Assembly (NCBI GenBank): GCA_051362555.1
Contig: CM120640.1
Coordinates: 53,546,788-53,610,787, forward strand
Direction of reading: 5' to 3'
Length of the DNA stretch: 64,000 bases
Source of the DNA: Lingula anatina
Lineage: Eukaryota; Animalia; Brachiopoda
Positions within the stretch are counted from its first letter, which is position 1. Each line of letters begins with the position of its first letter. Below, one piece after another: positions 55,701 through 64,000 of this stretch. The position numbers and the translations under genes are program-made. The notes beneath the pieces were generated by a model. The model searched no databases. It saw only the letters and a program-made list of their open reading frames with translations, and was not told the origin of the DNA.

Positions 55701-58700
55701 AAGTGTGTAGAATACAAATTCCAGTGCAGTCATATCTCTCTTCTCCACCAACTGCTCCCTGTTAATCTTTGCACATGCCTCAGTAAAGAATCTGACTTAT
55801 AACACCAGGAAGATATTTCTTTACAAATACATTAATGCTCTTTACCCACTTGTTTATACCTATGAACTACCTCATCTGATCTTCTCGAACTCTCGATCCT
55901 TACTCTATGTCTCAGTGCACTGAGTTAACCAGTAAAGCAGCAGTTTTGGCACTGAACTGAACCTAGGCCCCTTAACACTACACTGCAGAGCAGCCAAGAG
56001 AGAAAACACATGTTAGGAAATTAACCACAAAAAATGCAACAATCAAAATATGAAACCACCTCAGTTGTAACCACACTGTATTTATTTACTTTTCAAATTA
56101 AAAAAAGCTCCTTAAAAGTTTTACATTTAATATTCAAAAAACAAAAGAATTTAATTGTAAGATATCTAGGTTTTCTTCATCATGATTGGCATGTATTGCA
56201 TTTCCTTGAGGTTGTGATCACAAACAAAACATATTCTTTCCCATCTTGACTGAATTTTATTTTACATCTTGACTGAATTTTGTGGTGATTAAGTGGTTCA
56301 ATTTAACCATAAAACTACACTAAACATTGAACATCATAAGATGAAATTGAGTTATGCCACTAGCTTTAAGGAAAAAGATTAAAAATATTAGGTTATGCTC
56401 CTTGATAAATAAATGTAACAGTGGATCCAAAAATGCCATTAGTACATTTTAACATATAAAAACAAGTTACGTGTAGTATGCCTGATGTTTTAACAGTACT
56501 TGTAAAATGCTTTTTCTCTTAAGAATATCTGGAATACATTAATCAAATGTCAAGCAATCATCAGGTGTCAAGCAATTCCATATTGAAAAAGTACAATGGG
56601 AACAGAAGCAAGAAACTGTACATTTGTAGCTGTGTCTGTATTTTAATCTTCCCATTACAGCCAACTCCAGCTGGGTCTTTGCACAGAACTGCACATGCCA
56701 TCAAGATCCCCTTACCTCGCAGTTTATTTAAAATGAAACAGCACAGACAAATGCTTCTGAATTTTTCTTTGAATTCAACGGAGACAATTGTATATTGCAT
56801 ATGCAAAAATTAAGCCTGGATATTATAGACAATGCAGTTGCAAAGAAACAGGAAGTAGCAAATAAACAGCATCCTTTAGAGGCCAAGTGGAAATTATGAA
56901 TCATATCATTTGAGAAAGAAAGGGATGAATAGAATATGCCCTTCTGTAAGCGATATCACTGGAAATACGGTATTCAACCAATGCAAGTCACATAACTGGA
57001 ATTTTCATTTTATAAAAATTACAAAAAAAAATCTATTTATTAACATAAAGACATGTAACTAAAACGATCCAAGTTAGCACAAAAACATGTTCTGAATCAT
57101 AAAGTAACTTCTTCTGCATTTGTGCATTCCTTTCAATATATCCAATAAAAAAGGGAAAGCATTCATACATGATAATGCTGACAATGTTTGTGTGCATTCA
57201 CCCCTGTTTTCTCTTCCTTAACCTTTTCTCATAATTCAAACATGAATCACTGCAACTTCAAATCTAATTCCACTTCAAGCTGGAAGCTGTTTAAAGGTCA
57301 CCAGTTTGTAGTATCTGCATCAGCATTAATAGCAGGAAATTGAGGGCATAATTACCCACTTGTTTTGCCAGTGGATTGTCAGTCCAATGAAAACTTCAAA
57401 TTATAAAATAATTCAACCTTCTGAGACAACAAAAAGCTCTACAAAACACCTATTGCAATCATTATGTGATGTTATCTTGACACCAAAGAAAATGTCACTT
57501 AATTAAACTACAGGAGAAAACAGAAACCTAAAATGTGTACCACAAAACCAAAATGACAATGTCTCAAGAACATAAAGTCAAAATGAACAAGCATACATTA
57601 AAAAAAACTGAAATGGGTCCCTGTAGAAACAAACTGTTACAATGTCCATCTTGAAGTCTCAAATGATATTTGTACAAAGAAAGGTGAATATAAGCAATCA
57701 ACTTATGATGTTACATTACGACCTTTGAAAGCGATATAATAATTAGCATCAGTGACGTCTGGTTATTTGCACTGTATCCAGTATAACAAACTTTTTAGAC
57801 AATCTCCACTGCACTGACTGTATACTGCCAAAACATATTTGGATGGAAAACTAGATACAATTTGTTATGACATACCTTTTTATACTGTTCATGGGCACTC
57901 TCCACATCATTATCTTGGTTAGTTTTCTTTCTGGTATCTACATTCTACAAAAAAAAAATATCAAACAATGAAATAAAACGGTAGAGTATCAAATACAATT
58001 GGTAAAATATTTTGGTTTAGTGCATTAGAAAGCAGAAGTAACTGCTGCGTGATTTGTAACTGCCATCAACAAAAAGATGTAGGAAACAATGTTCAGAAAT
58101 GAACGATTACTGAGATTACAAAAAGTCAGTAGACTCTGAAAAGAGATGTACTTACACAAAGCTAACAGAAAAAAAGAAACCCAAACAATTTTTTTGAAAC
58201 ATGAAATGTTCATTGAAGCATGGGCACACTGTGCGTTGGAATTTTAATAGGTGATAAAGACGTCAGTTAGTCTCACTGTTACTGATACCACACAATTCAA
58301 CTGAAATGCAAGTTTTTTTAAGTGTTTTGCTATGTAAAACAGAGCAATAACCACTCAGCTATGATAGACAGCTGGTGTTGGTTTAACAGGACTTATTTAT
58401 CCTTGCTTAAAGGTATATCCCATGTAGGATTTTAAACACATTCTAAGTGCATGGATCTTGTCAAACTTATCGGAGGGCAATTTAAATTTTGGAAACATGA
58501 AATGACAGATAAATGACCTTTATTAATACCACAAAAAAATAATCATATTCATCGTTCTCCCTCCCAACCTCACTAGTCAGCCATCTTAACAGAGTTTGAA
58601 AATAGTGCGGGCCACGGTACAGGAGTCTTTGGAAGTTGACTCAATAAAATGAATAGTGTATCTAGAAAACCTCCAAAACTAGACTGCAGAGCTGGCAAAC

Positions 58701-59033
58701 TAAGACATTTAACAGAAAAATGTCATTCCCATTGTTCCATTTTAACACAAACTGGGGCATTCCAGGAAACAGAAAAAAATTAAAATCTGCAATGTTTAAC
58801 AGTGACTGACTTCATGAACAGTGTATATTTCCCTTTCAAAATTTGACAGCTTCTCTTACACAATAGTTCTCAATCTAAAGCATGCATCCAGGTGCAGCAC
58901 TTAATTTTGCATTTTTCTGAAACTATGATATTCAAATAGATCACTCCTAGTAATCTAAAACAAGATGGGACTTTTGGACAATTTCAACATGAAAAAAATT
59001 CCCGTCACACAGAACAGTAAAAAGGAGACACAT

Positions 59034-59429
59034 AGGCCATTCACATTAGAACGTTAGCCGCGGTCGAGTTTACTCCGATTAAACCACGGTCAACCAAACT
59101 GCGTCCAAACCACGTTCACACCAACACCAGCAGCGATCAGTAGCGGTAGAATCTCAGCAAGCGTACTTCCTGTCAACCATGCGCTTTTACTAGAATCTGT
59201 GCAACATGGCAGGAGCTCAAATGACGATACACTTGTGCACGTGTGCTTCATATGTAGACATCCAGTCTTGACCACTGTCAGGAATTTACTACGATCATAC
59301 CCACCTCCCGATCTGGGTTCATTTCAACCGCGGTCAGGGCTACGTCATCCGTTCACATTAGAAAAGTTAACCGAGATAGGACCGAGGTCAGGCCTTGACC
59401 GTGGTCGAAAATGCTAGTGTGAATAGCCT
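59034..59429. mobile_element. Harbinger-like MITE
   Basis: aggccattcacattag / ctagtgtgaatagcct termini; CpG-rich interior with ttcacattagaa and accgcggtc repeats; TSD not clean. Confidence 0.7.
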
Positions 59430-59973
59430 AATAGTAAACAAGACTGCAAAACATCCCAATCACTTCTTTGAAAATTAACCAAACATGCTGAGTTTTTTGC
59501 CTTCTCTCACAAATAAATCCCTTTTAGTAAAAATTCAAAAGGAAAGAAAGATGACATGATAACTGGTTTTACAGTCACAAGCTATTATCATTTAAAGATG
59601 GCACTAACATCCTAGCTAAAATCATAACACACTGTTGTTTGTGTCACATATTAAAAACACAATCAACAAAACAGCAGACATATAAATGCTTCAATTTCTC
59701 GGGGCTCAACCCGTTACCTAATCAGACTAATTGAGCTTTGGGCAGTTCTAATCAATTTCAAGCCACAGTCTCTGTACACTGACAGTTAAATGTCAGTTCT
59801 CAATAGAATTAAAACAAAACCAATCAGACTGAAACTTGTGGCTGTTATCATTCTTAAAACTTAGCTTAGAGCTCTGGTTGATTCATGATTTTGCTAGAGG
59901 TAGGGCACAAGGATTAAAATATTCTCAATGTACTTTTCCATACATATTATAGATTTTTTGCCTACTGTATTTA

Positions 59974-60039
<66 letters not shown>
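59974..60039. repeat. (TTA)n microsatellite
   Basis: attattatt run with one interruption. Confidence 0.9.
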
Positions 60040-60294
60040 AAGTGAGTGCATATGGTTTTGCTTCTTGCAAATTTTTTGTCATGAAAAGCAAAGGGGTAAT
60101 TCACAAGCTAAGGAAAAGGATAAGCCTGCAGTATCCCCTACCCCACATATTGACACGTTAACAGATTTTTTTCTTTTGATCAGCAAGTAGTTTTTAAATT
60201 TTTTGCTGCATTAACAACAAAAAAAATACAATATCAGCAAATCAATTCTGCTATCTTGCTGTGCACTACTTTGTTTCAGTTAGATATGGACCAT

Positions 60295-60405
60295 CAAGGC
60301 CTATCCAACTACCAGATGTGTTGCTGAAGGATGACCGGTAGCACAATCCTATCTATGGTGAATTCTGGATCATTCAGTGCTGCATCTGGTAGTTGGGTAG
60401 GCCTG
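60295..60405. mobile_element. 111-bp fold-back MITE with 6-bp TSD GACCAT
   Basis: aggcctatccaactaccagatg / catctggtagttgggtaggcct; gaccat at 60289-60294 and 60406-60411. Confidence 0.7.
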
Positions 60406-60599
60406 GACCATGTAATCATGTAATCACCTTTGTGACAGCATTTCTAGTTAAACAGTTAAACTATGAAGGCCAGTGTATCCAAATAAAGCACCTGATTTTA
60501 GTGACTATCTCCCTAGTTTTCTCTCAACATTTCCAAGAATGCCACTTCTGGGTCCCAGAGAGGCATATACTTTAAAGAAAAAACATCTTAAGGTTTTTG

Positions 60600-62900
60600 A
60601 TTTAAGAATTGCATTTTGAACATATTATTTTAACCATAGCAGGAGTTACAGTGCCTTGGAGTAAAGATGTCGGGGAATAAACATGCTAAAGCATAATGGT
60701 GCATGGACTTACTAGTATAATGATGCAGAGGCATTTGTGCAGGTGAGTAGCGGTGTAGGGAGTAACACAGAGGAGGAATAACAGCCTGGGGACTTAAAGG
60801 GACGTAAGAGGGATTGTGCACAGTTTCAGGAAAACTTCTCTGTACCATGTGACTTGTTTGCCAGACAGATAAACGCAGACAGAATAAGTAATAAGCCTGT
60901 ACAGTACAGTAAGTAGGTGGAGTTGCTTGCTGTGAGAAGAGGAAGAAATGTTGAGATAATTTTGCATGGTTTTCTGTTCACAGTTCACTGTTTACAGTTC
61001 ATCACAGAAGTCCAGCACAATTTTTTGCACCAATAGACATCCATGCATTTTGCTGTAGAGTGCAGTGCCTGGGAGAGATTATCTGTGTTTTAAGTTCAAT
61101 GCCTAGATCTGTGTTATGTAATGCTGTATGTCTTGTATGCAATTAGTTTTCCAAATTAACACATAAATGGTATTGTTCAGATGCAGAGGAAATAGGTTCT
61201 GGTCCATAATTTGCCACAAAATGACCAAGTTCATTTGTCATTGACTTCATGTTGTCACTGTAGGCCATCAGGAGTACTGCTACATCTGGATATGCTTGTC
61301 TTTTTTTCAAGTGGGAAGATCGACTGTTGATAGATGTTGCATCAGTACATCAGTTTGTGTGACAGGTACAGCAATCAAGACCTGAACTGGTTAAAGGCAT
61401 GCGCAGCGTTTGTATATACTAGTAGGTTGGATCATTTATTTCAGTTTGCCTACATTTCAATGGAGGTTTTGATCAAAATACGCCCACCCTATTCAGCAAT
61501 TCTAAGTAATGTGTCTGTTGTCCCACACATTGCCATTGTAACTGAAAATGGTGTGCTAATACAAAACACCTCATACACCTCCTTGCTATGGTGAACAGAT
61601 CAGATTAATATTGCTGGTAGAGATGGATTGTGCCTTTGATGAGACCATGCATGTACCCTCACCCTGACCATAAAGATGACTTGTGTTCCATGTGGACAGA
61701 GTAATGTATTCCTAAATCTGAATAAACGATTTGCAAGTTATTTGCTATCATTTGATACTTTGAGGGTGAGGTCATGGGATTAGAAATGGAATAAGAAGCT
61801 AGGACTTCTGCAATGTTCTAATGAGAGGCATGTGAATGTGTGAAGACCTTTTCAAATAATAAATTGATATCTATCTGGTACATACGATGGTTTTTACTCC
61901 TCCCTTCACTTTTGGAAAATGGCCATTTCTTTGTACAGGTAGTAATTACATTACTTAAGATAGCTTGTAATAGTTCCACAGCAAATGCCCAGGCTGTTTG
62001 AATATTGTATGCCACTGGAACTGACTTGATCATTGTGGGGCATCTACAACTAGGACTACTCCCCTGACCCCTTACTTTCAACAAGGATTTGCTGATGTAC
62101 ACCTGTGTAATATTCCAATTAATGGAAGGCATTGACAGATCCATTTAGGAACAATTCTAAGGGAAAAAAACATGGATAAGTGCTCGTACCCAAGTGCCAA
62201 TTATGTGCCAGTCTCAGTCCTTAATAAATGTGAAAACGGTCGAAGAGGCCAAGGTATAATTATTTCTGGCTAAGAAAATAATATATCAAATATATTAAAT
62301 ATATCCCAAGGGCATATAGATGTTTTTGCCAAATGCATTTTTTCATTATTTTCACACTAAGTGGAACTCTCAGGCAGTTTATTGGTTTGGTTACATTTAT
62401 GGTATGGTAATGAAAGTAGTGGCATTTTTCATTTATGTATCAACTCTTGTAGAAATGCTAGCAGTAAACTACACTACTTAGTCCTACAGATGTTCTTTTC
62501 CACTTCCCCATGGAGCTTATAAAAAAAACATTACTTTGCAGCAACCTAATAGTCTAAACTTTTGCTTAGTACTTATACCCATGTTTTATGACAGGAACTG
62601 TGACATTCAGTCAAATGATTTGTGGATTGAAGATGTCTTCATTTCCGGCATGATTTGTATTGTGATATCCAATCATGGAGCATTTTAGACATCAGATGAC
62701 AATTTTTGGTGAATTTCCAACAGCATTATTGATTTAGAAAGGAGAAAAGTAGGAAGTAGAAATTAATCTGCTGAAACTGTTATAGTGATGTTGAAAGTAG
62801 TTCTGGGGTTGCTAATGTTGAAGAGTCATCAAACCTGAAAAATGTGGAAATAGACCTTTTTGCACAGTACATTATTTCTGTATTTCTTGAATTTTGGATA
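60600..62900 (-). pseudogene. Highly decayed non-LTR retrotransposon RT relic
   Basis: Minus-strand fragments occur in RT order: AP*LD (like PGxD, about 62675), ...DVLMQHLSTVDLP...QAYPDVAVLL (like the YADD region, about 61350-61270), DLGIEL (about 61090) and VIPPL (about 60775). Many stops and frameshifts; GC content is higher than in the flanks. Confidence 0.4.
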
Positions 62901-64000
62901 ATGAACTTCATGAAAGTAACATGTTGTTTTGACACAGTTAATTAACCAATAAATAACTGCAGAAGAAGGTTTGCATTACTTTAAATTGCTCTTTTTACAA
63001 GCTTACATATTGTCATTTTCTTGTCTAGATTTAAAGAAATCTGACTTCATTTTGACACTGACTGCTATTTTAATATATTTTATGAAATATAAATATATTT
63101 TACTGTATAGTATTAGATATCACATTATCAGCACTTCTCATGAAAAACAAAGACACAAGAATTGTATTTAGTCTGGTGGGATTCCTGAATTTTTTAAAAT
63201 AAGCACCTAAGACAACAAGATCATAGCATTTTTTTATGATACCCAGTCACATCATTAGGGTTTCTTTTTTTATGGTACCCAATGCAATCACATCTTAAGT
63301 CTTTATTTTGTTTGCCAATTTTGACTTCTCCGAACAACTATTCTCTGACTACAGGGTGCGATACCAGTCTGTTACAAAATGATGAAAAGCACTCTGTGAT
63401 ATTTCAAGCAATCAAAGGGAACATGTTCCTCACCAGACATACCCTTTGTATTTGTCAGTGGAGCGATTTCATACCTAGGTGCTGAGTAGCACATATCCCT
63501 ATCTATGCTACGTAATGCAAGTCAAGCGTCTTAAGCGTAGACTTAGATTTACTCCAGATTCCACACAGAGCGTTTTCACAGAGTCCCCCACAATTATCCC
63601 CTCTAATGCTGATCAATCCACTGTTTAAGGAGCAGATGGGGGTGGGGCAGTCACATTTTCCCCGACTGTTAAAGTGCACCAATCCCACAGGGCCCCACAG
63701 TGTGATTTTGGATAGGATTTCAGGGGGCTTTGACATTAGAGGGTAGTAAATAAGAATCATGTAACATTTCCCCAGATTTCAGCTGGTGGTAAATGTTTAG
63801 GAGGTGTCACTATCTCTCTGATCATCTAGATGCCTCTTTTTACCTAGTGAGTTGAAATCTATTTTTGTGTTAAATTGTTTTCTATTAAAGTATTTCTCCT
63901 AAAATTTGAGTTTTGTGATGCTGTTCTATTGACCTTAACACTGCCCTAAAGCAGCAGTGATTATATGGCTCAGTTATGCCACTTCATGCTGGAAAAGTAT

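Noticed and set aside
63180-63830. GC-richer decayed coding-like sequence (for example PPKHLPPAEIWEMLHDS on the minus strand) as an integrase or endonuclease relic
   Set aside because: Too degenerate to assign by eye; it would need tBLASTx against Dfam/Repbase.

Overview
AT-rich, intron-containing animal (probably invertebrate) genomic DNA with three protein-coding genes. (1) The last two coding exons of an ENPP4/5/6-like ectonucleotide pyrophosphatase (+, 87-1690). (2) The first five coding exons of Rab28 (-, 10462-2755); its remaining exons are not in the window, so the ENPP exons appear to lie inside a Rab28 intron. (3) A large phospholipase C epsilon gene (-), for which I could trace 33 phase-consistent coding exons by hand (45227-15123, about 2122 aa). 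Two things in the PLC-epsilon gene stand out. Its 5' exons encode a talin-like FERM F2-F3 module spliced in frame to the RasGEF-PH-EF-X-Y-C2-RA-RA core, and its Y domain is split by a U12 (AT-AC) minor-spliceosome intron. Rab28 intron 4 holds a three-level nested insertion: a small palindrome, interrupted by a hAT MITE with an 8-bp TSD, interrupted by a young L1/Tx1-type LINE with an intact 1240-aa ORF2, poly(A) and a 14-bp TSD. Introns and intergenic DNA also carry many MITEs (hAT-like with 5, 6 or 8-bp TSDs; Harbinger-like), a 3.3-kb CACTA/EnSpm-like element, a probable solo LTR and a decayed non-LTR relic. All homology calls come from motif recognition by eye; no database search was run.
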